DNA from: Gekko japonicus
Taxonomy: Eukaryota
Direction of reading: 5' to 3'
DNA length: 64,000 nt
Assembly (NCBI RefSeq): GCF_001447785.1
Contig: NW_015163112.1
Coordinates: 553,602 to 617,601, forward strand
Shown: positions 48,838 through 61,463 of the stretch, one piece after another
How the letters are laid out: the number at the start of each line of letters is the position of its first letter
Position numbering within the stretch: the first letter of the stretch is position 1
Notes under the pieces: generated by a model
Database searches by the model: none
What the model saw: the letters and a program-made list of their open reading frames with translations, nothing else
Told to the model about the DNA's origin: nothing
Made by a program: the position numbers and the translations under genes

Positions 48838-49045
48838 CCCTGACCTGGATCACCCCGGCTAGCTCGATCCTGTCAGATCTCTGAAGCTAAGCAGGGTCAG
48901 CCCTGGTTAGTATTTGGGTGGGAGACCGCCATGGAAGTCCAGGGCCTCCGTGCAGAGGCGGGCAATGGCAAGACCACCCCTGGACATCTCTTGCGTTGGA
49001 AACCCTGCGGGGCGGCCGTAAGTCAGCTGTGACTTTGTGGCAGAA
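48838..49045 (+). mobile_element. 5S rRNA-derived SINE (uninterrupted representative)
   Basis: gatctctgaagctaagcagggtcagccctggttagtatttgggtgggagaccgcc (5S-like) followed by a non-5S body and tail. Confidence 0.8.
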
Positions 49046-49456
49046 CCCAGCAACTATATTGTAGACTACACTATGAAGGCTTTGGAGGAGTCCGTCCCCC
49101 CCCCCCCCGCAAGAACATAAGAAGAGCCCTGCCGGATCAGACCAGTGGCCCTTTCAGTCTAGTATCCCGTCTCACACAGCGGCCAACCAGCTCCTCTGGA
49201 GGGCCAGCAACAGGGCAGAGAGGCCGAGGCCTTCCCCTTCGGTCGCCTCCTGGCTCCGGGATTCAGAGGTCTGTCGCTTCTCACTGTGGAGTCTAGTCGC
49301 CACGGCTAGTAGCCCCCGATAGACCCTCCGTTATAATTTTGCCCTTTTAGGCTGCTGTGGTTTTTACATCCGACAGACATCCAGCCATGCCTGTGTCATA
49401 TTCTCTCGAACATAAACCATGTGAGAGTCTCTGGAGAACACGTTTTCTTCAAATAG

Positions 49457-49462
49457 TTTATT
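49457..49462 (-). terminator. Candidate PRSS53 polyadenylation signal
   Basis: AATAAA on the minus strand about 2 kb past the putative stop, in AT-rich, UTR-like sequence. Confidence 0.35.
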
Positions 49463-51501
49463 TAGCACAATAAGCCTTAAAAAATAAATACACACACAGG
49501 CACACACATACTCAGTTCCATGTCAGTCTTACGATTAAAAAAAAGTAACAAAACCAGGGGCGGCACAATACGACGCCGGGACAATCCGTAACAGGTGGCC
49601 TGGGTTCCCAGGTCTTGCCCCACCGGAGTTTGCTCCAAGGGCCACCCTCCGTTTGCATGAAGCGCTGATGTCCCCAGCCTGCCTGTCTGGCGGAGTTGTG
49701 TTGAAATGTTTAAACATTAAGAACTTGTAGTAGGACAGAGAACGGGTCTTGCCACCTGATAGAGGTATCGAGGTTCTTGGGGGGGCTCTTCCACCCTGAC
49801 TTCGGAGGCCCCAGCGAGTCCAATGTTGTCAGGTCTTGGAAGCTAAGCAGGGGTCAGCCCCGGTTAGTACTTGGATGGGAGTCCCCCGTAAGGAAGCCCA
49901 GGGTCACTGCACAGAGGCAGGCAGCGGCAAACCCACCTCCGTTCATCTCTGGCCCTTGTGAACCCTGTAGAGTTGCCGTAAGTAAGCTGCGGCCAGTGTT
50001 CCCTCTAAGCTGAGTTAGTGTGAGCAAGCTCACAGTGTTTTAGCCTCCGGCTCACACATTTTTGTCTTAGCTCGGAAAGGAAGGCTCCAGAGGCAACAAA
50101 TTTATGCAGTGGCCAAATGGCTGGCTCACAACCTTAATGCCCGTAGCTCATAAAGTAGCATTTTTGCTCACAAGACTCCGCAGCTCAGAGGGAGCCCTGG
50201 CTGTGACTCAACAGCCCTTTCCGCCACCATTACCAGGATATTTCCGTGTCGTCTCGGAAGCTGCGACTTGGTGGACTCGAGAGTCTGAGACACACACACA
50301 CACCCCCGGTTCACCAGAACACTGGGAAGGTGTTTTGGGGGGGGGAAGGTGGCGTGGTGTAGCCCAATCCTATCCGATCTCAGAAGTTAAGCAAAGTCAT
50401 TCCTTGGAGGGGGGCCCACCAAGGAAGGGTCTGCAAAGGAAGGCAACGGCAAACCACTGCTGCTTCTCACTTGCGTTGAGAGCCCCTTGTTGGGGTCGCC
50501 TTAAGTCGGTCGCGACCAATGCTCCCTCTAAGCCCTGGAGCCTTGTGAGCAAAAATCCTACTTGGTGAGCTGCTGGCATTAAAGTTGTGAGCGAGCAATT
50601 TGGCTGCTGCATCAATGAGTTTGCTCTGGAGCCCTCCTTCCTGAGCGGAGACAAAACTGTCAGCCGGGGGCTAAAAAACTGCGAGCTACCTCACAGTAAC
50701 TCAGCTTAGAGGGAACACTGGTCGTGACTTGACGGCACATTCACACTCATGAAATATGGGGCATTGGTTTGCTCTGTCCTCCAGCACAGAGCTGCAGATG
50801 GGATGAAAGGTCTGGTCTGTGGATATTCTGCCTCTGGACACACCAGAAGCATTTGGGGGGTGGGATTTCCAATAGCAGCTGAAACAAGTGCTCGTGTTTG
50901 CAGAATACAAGCTGAGTTGACTCCTACAGAGCCGTTCAGTCCTAACATCAATGTTAAGCCAGTTCAGGTCAGCTCTGGGCAAGGCGATTCATCGGATCTG
51001 ATTCTCCCACGATGGCCGGCAGATGCGGCAGCAGTGTCACGTTACTGTCAGTGGCTAATAGTACCATTTCTCCCCCCCCCCGCAACAAGCCTGTGGAGTA
51101 GGCTGAGATACTTGCCCCACAACCATCCTCCCTGGCTGAGCACCAGACCAGCCTCGGTCTTTCTATCTGTAAAGTGGGAGGGAGGGAGAGAAAATAACCT
51201 CCCCCCGCTGTGCTTGGCATAGGAAGGGCTCCTGGTGTCGTTTTGGCAGATGTGGCAGTTAGGCCTGATAGCTTCACCCCCATTAATGCAGGCGGGGCCC
51301 TCCGAATTGCTCTTGAAATTGTGAGGAATTGAGCTGGAAGCCACAGATGGCACCTCCCCCAGTGTCCGGCACAGGCAGGAGATTTCCAGTGGCTCTCGAA
51401 GGCCCTTTCAGTGGGAGGCAGAATGGCGGGGTGGGGGGGTGGGAAGCAGGATTTTGATTCCACCGAGTCCTTGGCCGCCAGTTCCGCCTTTGCACGTCTT
51501 G

Positions 51502-51518
51502 CTATCTGTTCCCCGCGC
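51502..51518 (-). CDS. PRSS53: PRSS53 probable terminal coding exon (GAGNR*)
   Basis: Pyrimidine-rich acceptor ttttatgatctttctgcag, phase-1 compatible, TAG at 51502-51504. Very short, so supported only by the splice signal. Confidence 0.6.
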
Positions 51519-52218
51519 CTGCAGAAAGATCATAAAAAAGGCAGAGCAAATTTATTTCTCTATGTGGCTTCCATGGATGAGATTGTATCAGCTGTAAAGC
51601 AATAGAGGAGGCTGGGAAGAAGGCTGTTGGGCGATGCCAGTTGCCTTGCCCAGGCAGACCCAGAGAGGCAGCAGTCGCAGTGCTTCTTTTGAACTGGAAA
51701 GGGCACGGGGGGGGGGTGTAGCAGGGCTTTATCTAAGTCGGGGGCCATTACAATGGAGCAGGCAGAGTGTTGGGCTGGTGGAACCTTGTCCATTGGGTGG
51801 TTTTGGGGGACTCGCTGCCTCTCCACCAACAGAAAGGATAAAATGATTGGACCACTCTGTTGTACACCTCTGATCTCCGTGCTCAAGGAGGACACCGTCA
51901 CAAATACACAGTGAAGAACTGAGCTCTGGGTTCCCGGTACCAAACAACACCATCCTGGCAGGGGAATTCCTGCCAGGATGGCAACAAGACACGAGAGACT
52001 CTGTTGGGTCGTCATTTCTTGCAGACACATTATGTGTGGGGAAGCCAACGACAAAATCCCAGCAGGGCAAAAGGATGCGTAGATGTTGGATCACGTGCAG
52101 AGAGAGAGAGAGGTGAGCATGAACCACGAGTACGCAAAGAGCTGCCATCTTTCTACGATGCCAAGAATAAGCCCCCAATGCTAGGAGGTTGAGGATTCAA
52201 TGGGTTTCTCCATCTTAC

Positions 52219-52450
52219 CTCGAGGCTTAATGGTCAGGCAGCGGTCGTCATCCCTCGCAGCTGGAATGGGAGGCTTTTGGACGTCATAGTAAGCCGACCA
52301 CACCAGTTCCATGATCCAGTCCTGGTAGGCGCTGACTGCCGTGTAAACCCCCGGACGCACCACAGTCCCGCAGCCCTTGCCGAAGCTGGAGATACCCGCC
52401 AGAAACCAGGTGCCCTTCTCGTTGCACATCAGGGGTTCCCCGATGGTCTC
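52219..52450 (-). CDS. PRSS53: PRSS53 exon (end of domain 2)
   Basis: [27 protein letters not shown]...[15 protein letters not shown]...CLTIKPR. Flanked by ggtcctgtag and gtaaga; phases 0/1. Confidence 0.9.
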
Positions 52451-54681
52451 CTACAGGACCAAGTGCAAAAAGACAATCCTTTCAGTATGGCAGAGGCCAA
52501 AAAGTTGATGCTACCAAGCCCAGATGCAAAATTTGAGCATGCTGGTGGGAAGTGTTGTCAAGTCACAGGCTGACTTATGGTGACCCCTGGTGGGCTTTTC
52601 AGGGCAGTGGATGTGCGTTGCCATTGCCTGCCTCCATGTGTTCCCTCTAAGCTGAGCGAGTGTGAGCTAGCTCACAGTTTTTTAGCCTCCCGCTCACACA
52701 TTTTTGTCTTAGCTCAGGAAGGATGGCTCCAGAGCAAATTGATTTAGGCAGTAGCCAAATCAATTGCTCACAACTTTAATGCCAGAAGCTCACAAAGTAG
52801 AATTTTTGCTCCCAGAACTCCACAGCTTAGAGGGAACATTGGTCACGACCAGTGTTCCCTCTAAGCTGAGCGAGTGTGAGCTAGCTCACAGTTTTTTAGC
52901 CTCCCGCTCATACATTTTTGTCTTCGCTCAGGAAGGAGGGCTCCAGAACAAACTACTGATGCAGTGGCCAAATCGCTTGCTCACAAGTTTAATGCCAGTA
53001 GCTCACAAAGTAGGATTTTTGCTCACAAGACTCCACAGCTAAGAGGGAGCATTAGTCACAACCCCAGTATTCCTTGGAGGTCTCCCACCCGAATACTAAC
53101 CAGGGCCAACCCTGCTTAGCTTCTGAGATCTGACGAGATCGGGCTAGCCTGGGCTATCCAGGTCAAGGTAGGTATACACGGATAAGCAAAAAATATCTTC
53201 CTAAATAATATCTATATCACATCGTGTTGGAGGCTACACAGCCCTTTTTCACAGGAACAGTCAATGCCAATAGTAGCTTCTCTTTTCAGTTGCTTCGTGG
53301 CATTACATTAGCATCTATGTGAAAAGCCAGCATGACCCCCGAGATGAACGGCTCCAAATGATTTTCAGCACAATCCCAGCTCTGGCAGGAAAGTTGGATT
53401 CTAGTGGGACAGAATAATGTGGCAAGGACTCCCTAAGTCCACACTCTCGTCCTGGGAGCAGAGTGGGGTCCAAAGAGGGAAAGAAAAGAGCCAGGATTCT
53501 CGGGTTCCATTCTCTGTTTTCCCAGGGGAGGGGGGGTATGACTGGTAGGAGAGAAAGTCAGATAAAGTCAACCGGTTCCTCGGGGGCACCTCTCCGGATA
53601 GCAGAGAATGCCCGGAACTTCCAGATTTGAAACTGATGCGGCTAAACGCGTATATACATAGTTGTTTGCTGTTAGAGAGAGTTTCAGCACCACAGTAAAG
53701 CTGGACAGCTCCACAGGACTGTTTGTATCCCCATTGGCTCAGGAAAGGAGGCGAGCCCTGAGGAGAAGCAGAGATCCTCCTTCCTAGGGACCGTTCAAAA
53801 TAAAGACGAGCGAGAAGAGCGCTTTTGTCACTCTCCACCTTGACAAGTTTAGCTCAACCGGCAGGGAAGGCGTAAGAAGGGCGAGAATCCTTGTAAGTTC
53901 TGCCTTCTCTAGAAACTGCACTTGCATTTGGTGGTCTGTGTTTTCCTTTCCCCAGTTCAGCTGTATGTGCACAGAATGACCTCTGGGAAACTGGAACCTA
54001 GCCATTGCTGTGTTGGCGCACAGGAAGTCCACGGCAAACCACCTCTGCTCCTCTCCAGCCTCTGAAACCCCCACTAAATCGACTGCAACTCGATGGCCGT
54101 TTCCACCCGCGTAGCCACACTGGCTTTCAGGCAGGGCCCTTTTAGAATGCAGGAACAAGAAGGAGTTTCGCTGGGAGTGGGGCTCAACCACTTGTTCCCT
54201 GCACGCACAGAAGCGGGCCTGCCACGGGGTACCGTGAGGTAGCTGCCTCATGGAGCACCACAAAATGCAACTGAGTGGGAAGCAGACAGATGGGGCACAT
54301 GGGTGGAATCCGCTGGGAAGTTCTCCTGCATGTGCACCACTGAAGCGGTATGGAAAAGCTCGCTGTCAGTTTGGTAGGGCTCGCAAAGGAGAGAGCCTAT
54401 GAGAATTAGCAGAAGGGGTGTTCCGTTGTGCCTTGAACTGGATAGCCCACGCTAGCCTGATCTCATCAGATCTCAGAAGCTAAGCAGGGTCATTTTAGGA
54501 ATACCAAGGTCGTGATGCGGAGGCAGGCAGGCAATGGCAAATCACCTTTGAACGTGTCTTGCCTTGAAATGCCCACCAGAGGTCAGCTGTGACTTGATGG
54601 CAAAAAAGTTGGTTTTTAAGGAAACAATCAGGCCACCCCTCCGCCCCCTTCCTATCCCCTGACTGGCTGATGGCTTCTTAC

Positions 54682-54845
54682 CTCGCAATGCATGGTGCTT
54701 TTATGGGGCACGGCACACAGCATCTGGGAGCCGATGGGGATCTCATGCCCATGGTCACTGGTCAAGTTGTAGCGGCAGTTGCACGATCTGGGGCCAAGGA
54801 TTTTCACCTCCACACCCCCTAGAGGACTCGGTGTGCCAGTCCCAT
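54682..54845 (-). CDS. PRSS53: PRSS53 exon (domain 2)
   Basis: Read manually: GTGTPSPLGGVEVKILGPRSCNCRY...IPIGSQMLCAVPHKSTMHCE. Flanked by gtctgtccag and gtaaga; phases 1/0. Confidence 0.88.
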
Positions 54846-56381
54846 CTGGACAGACATGGAAAAATATCTTTGGTTAGTGGGAGTAGCTCCAAGTCCTGCC
54901 ACCACTTAAGCCCTGGGGAGTTCCTTGCTACCGATCTTTCCCCCCCTGAAATATCAGGGAGTTCCACAATGGGAGGGAGAATGCTGGGTATGGTGAACAT
55001 ACATCCAAAAGAAATGCCAGGGGGGCATGTTGATGGGATGCGCCGATGCTTGGATAGAGCTAAATGACCATATTTAGGCTGGAAATATCCCCCCCCCCAG
55101 GCCAAGCTCTCTAGGGATCATAAATGAAGAAGGGAAGAGGAGACGTAAGTAGATGTCTTTTGTTGAAATGCGGCTTGGCTCACTCACTCGGGCATCCTAT
55201 AGCTATCTGCCGTGCAGTGCAACATGTGCTCTGCTTGTAGCATGCCAAGGCCAGGATGGCACGATTTGATCTGCGGAGGGTTTCATAGCCTTCCCTCGTG
55301 ATAGGCTGTGTGGAAAGGGATTGGCTCCTTAGACCTTTCCTTCCCAGTTCTACAGTCTCAGAGAACAGAAGCGTTGCATTCCTGAGACTGGCTGAGAGGG
55401 GGAAACGTAGCATATCTCCAGACAGTCCTGGCCTTACCACAGGTCAGAACTAGAGAGCCCAGAACCTAATCTGAACTCCCCTGAGGAGCACCAACTCTTC
55501 AGCTTGCAGCTCAGAGGCAAGAAAGGCGCATGGTGGGAGCACAGCTTGTGGCAACGTGACTTTGGGAGATGGTTGGGGGAGGCTGGTCCATCCCTTCTCC
55601 ATCTCCCCACACACACACACCCAGTGACCCTCCAGTAAAACTAGCTGCTGACAAGGGATTTGGGTTCAAACAGAGAAGAGGAGGGAAAATCATACTGTCT
55701 CTAAAATGCAAACCACAGTCTTATGGAACCTCAATTTGCCTTGGGGCCATGCAGGGCAGGGAGGGAGGGTTCAACCCTTCCACTTCTTTTCAGTATTTGA
55801 AATTGGGCTCTCTGCTTTGTTATTAGCATTTGAAAGGGAGGGGTTGTGTTTTTAAGGGACTCCCTTTCTTTTTTTCAAAAACGCCAACAGCAGAGCTGGG
55901 GAAAGGAAGACGTCCTTTCCTGCATGGCCCTGAGGCAAAATGAAGCGGCAGAAGACTGTGACTGATATGTTACGGACAGGAAGAGATGTGTGATCTTCTC
56001 TGAGTCTTCAGACTAAGACTTGGGTGGCCAGCCTCTGTCTGGGCTGTACCACTTCTGACTGCAGTTGAAGGCTCGCAGGACTGAGTGCTCCTCCACCCAC
56101 CCACCCACCCCATTTCCTTCCACATAGAAAAGTTGCATGTTGGGGGGGGGAATATATATATGCTTGCCTTCTCATGCCACTTTTCTATGTGGACAGCATT
56201 ATTTTGTATGATGGAGCACTGAATTCCGTGAGCCCCGCTGACAGTGGTATGCCCCAGACAGAGAGCTCTACCACTTCACTACAAGCTACTCCGTTTCTAG
56301 TATGATCAGTGTGTTCCAGAATTGAACCTGGTGCCCTCTAGAAGAGAATGCCCCCATACTCTCCTTCCTCGCTCCACGTAC

Positions 56382-56641
56382 CGATTGTCCGTCCCCGTGT
56401 CCAGCAGGTAGAGCCAAGTGGGAACTTGTGGGTTTTATACGGGTTGCAGATGGCCCAGATATGGTCGTTGAACTTCACGGGGCGATCCAGCTTGGCCACA
56501 GCAATGTCGTAACCTTCTGTCGCGTTGAAGTAGGCACCGTGAAGGACGATATCCTGGAGCGCCCTCCTCTCTAGCCACTCACGTTTTAACCCAACCTCTT
56601 TCTCACCCAGCAGCACCACCCACCTCTCTGGTTCCTGGCGC
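56382..56641 (-). CDS. PRSS53: PRSS53 exon (domain 2, Asp102 equivalent)
   Basis: RQEPERWVVLLG...IVLHGAYFNATEGYDIAVAKL...CWTRGRTI. Flanked by ctgttttgcag and gtacgt; phases 2/1. Confidence 0.9.
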
Positions 56642-56809
56642 CTGCAAAACAGAGGCAGAAGTCATGAGAGTTTCATTCAAGGTGGCAAAATCTGGCTTTT
56701 TTTGACACTGAGTTGAGGTTTTAGCACAGAGTGGCACGACCGCTAGTATTTACCCATCACAACATCTCCCTGCATGTGGGCCATTTCGCACCCTGCTACC
56801 TTTGCTTAC

Positions 56810-56960
56810 CCAATGAAGCACTGCGCAGCCGTCACAATCCAGTCTTCTGAGATCAAGGTGCCCCCGCAGGTGTGTTTCCCCTCGTACTGCAGGCTCACGT
56901 ACCATGGCCAGAGTCCCTCTACACCCAAGCCAGGCTTGTCTCGTTTCAGTGTTCCACAGC
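56810..56960 (-). CDS. PRSS53: PRSS53 exon: start of domain 2
   Basis: [49 protein letters not shown]. Flanked by ctgttttccag and gtaagc; phases 1/2. Confidence 0.9.
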
Positions 56961-57788
56961 CTGGAAAACAGTATAAAATATTAAGTGCTGCTTAATGCAC
57001 ATCCCCCAACCAACCACATCCCGTTAAATTCAGATTAGAACCCAAACCCATCAAGTTACAAACGTGGAGAAGGAATTTGCCTAATATGGTTTTGAAACCA
57101 CCAGGATTGGCTACTGCATTAAGTCTTTACATGGGGATGTCCTTGAAGACTAGCCAGAAATTCCAGCTGGGGCAAAATTCTGTTTTGTGTTAAATGTCAG
57201 GAAACAGGAGCACGTGCAGACTTGGTTTGGTCAGTGGCACTGGTTTGTTGTTATGGTTCCCTTTTAGGCGCTTTACAATGCTAGGGGTCGAGACCCTCGC
57301 TCCCCCTAGCAATCACCCATCACCTGCTTCATGTGTCAGGCAGTTTCAGTTACCTGGTGTTTGTGCAATACAAATGCCTGCCACTAGGTGGAGAACCTCT
57401 ACAGAGAACCCTTTGGATTTATTAAGGCCTTGCTTTCGAATTGAGAAAACCTTCTACTTTAGAACGCTTCCTTTTTGGATAGACATCTGGGATTTCTTCC
57501 TAGGGTGCCTTTTCCATATGGCTCATAATTTTCTAGTAATGTTCCTTTTTAAAAATAAATAAATAAATCTAATCATATTCCTTTTACAATTTCCCCCCTC
57601 TACCAGCTGCTTTGAACACATTCTGGAAAAAACATGGAATATTTTACAAAAAAGGGTGTGATTTTGCATACATCCATGAATCCACAATCCTTTCCCTGAC
57701 CCTGGAAGAAAGGTGTCTGTGTTCCATGCTTGACACTTGGACTGTTAAAGATCACAGAATATAAATACGCCTCCATAAAGAACCCTAC

Positions 57789-58005
57789 CTGTACACAGGT
57801 ACTTGTCCGTTGTCCTGGGCCGGGGCTCTGTCTGGTTAGCAAAGGCGGCCTTACGGACGTGGTGCTGGATCCAGTCCGCGTAAGCCTTGGTCTCCGTCAG
57901 GATGATGGGCCCGTTTAAACGTTCACAGTCCATGGAGAAACTCATGATGCCTGCCTGGAACCATCGGTTGTCCTCCAAGCAAACCAGCGGGCCTCCTGAA
58001 TCCCC
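57789..58005 (-). CDS. PRSS53: PRSS53 exon: Ser195 of domain 1 and interdomain linker
   Basis: GDSGGPLVCLEDNRWFQAGIMSF...AAFANQTEP...YLCT. Flanked by ttttgccccag and gtaggg; phases 0/1. Confidence 0.92.
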
Positions 58006-58543
58006 CTGGGGCAAAAAAAAAGAGTTGCTTTATACCATTTTATGTACCCCGGTACAGCTGCTAGCCAATCATTCCTTTCTTAGGAGCAGGGCTGCCAACT
58101 CCAAATTGGGAATTCCTGGAGATTTGGGGGGTGGAGCCAGGGGACGGCAGGGATTGGGGAGGGGAGGGACCTCAGCAGGGTATACGGCTGTAGGGCCCAC
58201 CCTCCATAGCAGCCATTTTCTCCAGGGGAACCAATCTCTCTAGCCCGGAGATCAAGTTGTAATTCTGCGAGCTCCCCCCCCCCCAAAGTTGGCAACCCAA
58301 CTCAGGAGCCCTGGAGCATTGCCTCTTCTCCACCGAAAGCCTTCCCTCCCCCCCAGAGTCTTTCACCAGATACTGCCAACATCTCTGCACCCATGAGGAC
58401 TAGAAACTCGGGAAGGGTTTTTTTAAAAAGGAACTATGGTTTTGCTGGCTTGCTCCAGCTGTGGGCACGTCTGCATAAAGCATGAGACACGCTCCTCCCT
58501 CCTTTGATGGAATCTCACCAGGTTTCTCCCCCCCCCCACTGAC

Positions 58544-58710
58544 CTTGCAGGGCCCCCTCCTGCGGTCGGGCGTCACGGCACAAACCATGCCCGGCATGGC
58601 GGGAGAGACGATCGTCCTGTCTCGCAGGTTGCTGTAAATGCAGTTGCAGGTATCTCTCGACAGCAGGTCCAGGGCCATCTCCTGGAGGTGCATGGGGTCC
58701 GACAGAGAAT
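58544..58710 (-). CDS. PRSS53: PRSS53 exon (domain 1)
   Basis: SLSDPMHLQEMALDLLSRDTCNCIYSNL...PAMPGMVC...GPCK, resembling human PRSS53 ISRPTCNCIYNQL..PARPGMLC..GPCQ as recalled. Flanked by cttctcgcag and gtcagt; phases 1/0. Confidence 0.92.
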
Positions 58711-60500
58711 CTGCGAGAAGCAGGGAAGGAGAGAGAGTTGGACGCGGGCACCCTCAACCTCATTTACACTCAGATCCGGATTCTTTTATGATGCCCTTCT
58801 GATCCTACACGGGGCTCCTGGTGGTGTGGGACGGACGGCATTCGCACCTGCTTAACCTCAGTTACCTGTGCTGCTCCCGGTGCTCCCGGGCCATCCCATC
58901 CCACCCCCAGGGCCCCTCCACCTCCACCTCAAACCCCCGCCTCCTTCCCGAGTCATCGGCTGTCCATCACACAAGGCAGGGGTTTTTTTGTAGAAAAAGC
59001 CCAGCAGGAACTCATTAGCATAATAGGTCACACCCAACAGCAGAAACTCATTAGCCTATTAGGCCACACTCCTGACAGCACAGCTCATTAGCATATTAGG
59101 CCACAACCCCGTGTTACCAGAAGTGTGGTCATCCAGCCACACCCACCTTTTGCTCCTTATTCTACCTTGTCTGTCGTCAAAACCCAGGGCCTTTTTTGTA
59201 GCAGGAACTCCTTTGCATGTTAGGCCACACACCTCTAATGTAGCCAATCCTAATGAGTCTCTGCTGTTGGGTGTGGCCTATTATGCTAATGAGTTCCTGC
59301 TGGGCGTGGCCAACTCAGGAGCCAGCCGGAACTCCGTTCCCGTGCGTTCCTGCCCAAAAATAGCCTTGACACAGGGGATTTGTCTTTCTCATTTTTTGCT
59401 CTGCATCAGAAGTGTCGCAGAAACGGAATGAGGACAAGCGGGGAAGAGCGAGGCGTCTGCGTGGCAGAAGGGCTAGATCCGGGGTCCCCCCGGTCTTCTT
59501 GAGCCGGCGGGCACCTTTGGAACTCTGACACTGGGTGGTGGGCATGATGACAAAATGGCTGCCACGGAAGGCAGAGCCAGCCACGGAATGTCAAGGAGTC
59601 AGGTGACTCTAAGAGTAACTCTGCCAAACTCTTAAAAAAAACCAGCCTTTAATAGTAACACTTCAAAATTTCAGGCAGAATCTATGCTTAACAGGAGGTC
59701 TTTTAAAATGAACTCATTGGGGATTTTTGGGTTTTCCTTGGCTTCCTGCTGTAGCTTCATTTTAAAAGACAGGCACAAACGCAAGACGTTTACTTTTCGA
59801 CACTGTTGAAAAATATTTCCTTGTCACGCACGGCTTACCTTCCGTCACACAGTGCTGTGGTGGCAGCCGCTGCCAGAGCGACGGTCCCCCCCCCCGCCAG
59901 TTTACATGGCCGACCAGTTCTACGGAGGCCAATCAGCAGCTCTGCAGGGCAAAAGCCCAACAGGCCCCACCCACTTTCTAAAAGCACTTGACGGGCACCA
60001 GAAGAGGTGTTGGCAGGCCCCATGGCGCCCACGGGCACCAGGTTGGGGATCCATGGGTGAGAGTCGTTGGACTGGGACCTGGGAGACCCACGTTCAAACC
60101 CTCATTCCCCATGAAATTCCCTTGGTGACCTGGGGCTCTCTTTGGGCTTCACAAGGTGATAAAACAGGGCAGGGAGAGAGCCCCGAACTCTTTGGAGGGA
60201 GGATGGGATAAGAACATACTAAGTAAATGTGTGCCAATGAAGCCTTCTTTTGTCGCCGAACCTGCTGGTTTACTTGTCTATCGACGGGAAGGGCCTCCGC
60301 TCGGAGCTTCGGGGAACACTGACTGACGTTCTACTCCTCCGCAAAGCCTGGAGCCTTCCTCCCACCTCAGGAGATGCCTCAAACGGGACCGAGCGGAGTG
60401 GGAGGAGATGAACGGCCGAACCTGATTCTCGGGGTCCCATAAAATGGCCGCCCAGACTAGAAGCACCCCCTCCTCCCACCCGCACCCCTGTCACACTCAC

Positions 60501-60781
60501 TGTTTGTGCCAATGTCACCCCAGCCGGTCACCCAACACTGGGTCCCAAAGGCGAACTGGTGATCGGCGCGCGGCAGGCAGATGGGCGAGATATCCCGCTT
60601 GAACCACACGGGGAGCGACAGGCGCACCAGGGCGATGTCGTGGCCTTTCTTGTAGTTGACGTAGCTCTCGTGGAGGATGATCTCCGCCACATCACGCTCC
60701 TCCCCCTTGACCGGGTCGCCTGTCAGTTTGAGGCGGCCCAGAATCACCTTCCAGTCCTGGGGGACTATTGGGTGTCCCACC
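60501..60781 (-). CDS. PRSS53: PRSS53 exon: Asp102 of domain 1
   Basis: VGHPIVPQDWKVILG...GHDIALVRL...PICLP...CWVTGWGDIGTN. Flanked by ccccctgcag and gtgagt; phases 2/1. Confidence 0.92.
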
Positions 60782-61112
60782 CTGCAGGGGGCAAAGTAGA
60801 GAGGAAGGAAGGGGCATGTTATTCCTTCTATGGATTGGAAGCCATAGAGAGCACCCGATGTGAGACAGATGGGCAGAGCCAGTTTGGTGTCGTGGTTAGG
60901 AGCGCGGACTCTAATCTGGGAGAACTGGGTTTGATTCCCCACTCCTCCACTTCTGGTGTGACCTTGGGTCAGCCATAAGTTCTTTCAGAGCTGTTCTCTC
61001 AAGAGCAGTTCTCAGGAGAGCTCTCTCAGCCCCGCCTACCTCACAGGGTGCTTGTTGTGGGGAGGGGAGGGGAAAGGCGTTTGTAAGCCGCTCTGAGACT
61101 CCTTTGGGTAGT

Positions 61113-61463
61113 GAGTAAAGGTAAAGGTTCCCTTGCTCGAAAGCCAGTCGAGTCCGACTCTAGGGTTGCGGTGCTCATCTTTGTTTCAAAGCCGAAGAGC
61201 CAGCGCTGTCCAAAGATGTTTCCGTGGTCATGTGGCCGGTGTGACTAAACACCAAGGCGCACGGAACGCTGTTACCTTCCCACTGAAGTGGTACCTATTT
61301 ATCTACTTGCAATTTCTTGCTTTCAAACTGCTAGGTTGGCAGGAGCTGGAACTAGAGACGGGAGCTCACTCCGTCTTGCGGCACCCGGGTCTCGAACTGC
61401 TGAACTACTGACCTTCTACAGCCTGCAGTTCAGCGTCTTAACCACTTGAGCCACCGCAGCTCC
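61113..61463 (-). mobile_element. Sauria SINE nested in a Squam3-like SINE
   Basis: Flanking duplication ctcctttgggtagt at 61099-61112 and 61460-61473. Confidence 0.88.

Noticed and set aside
48838-48940. 5S rRNA gene
   Set aside because: Diverged, lacks authentic 5S ends, continues into a SINE body and occurs as dispersed copies. The tRNA-like heads elsewhere are likewise SINEs.
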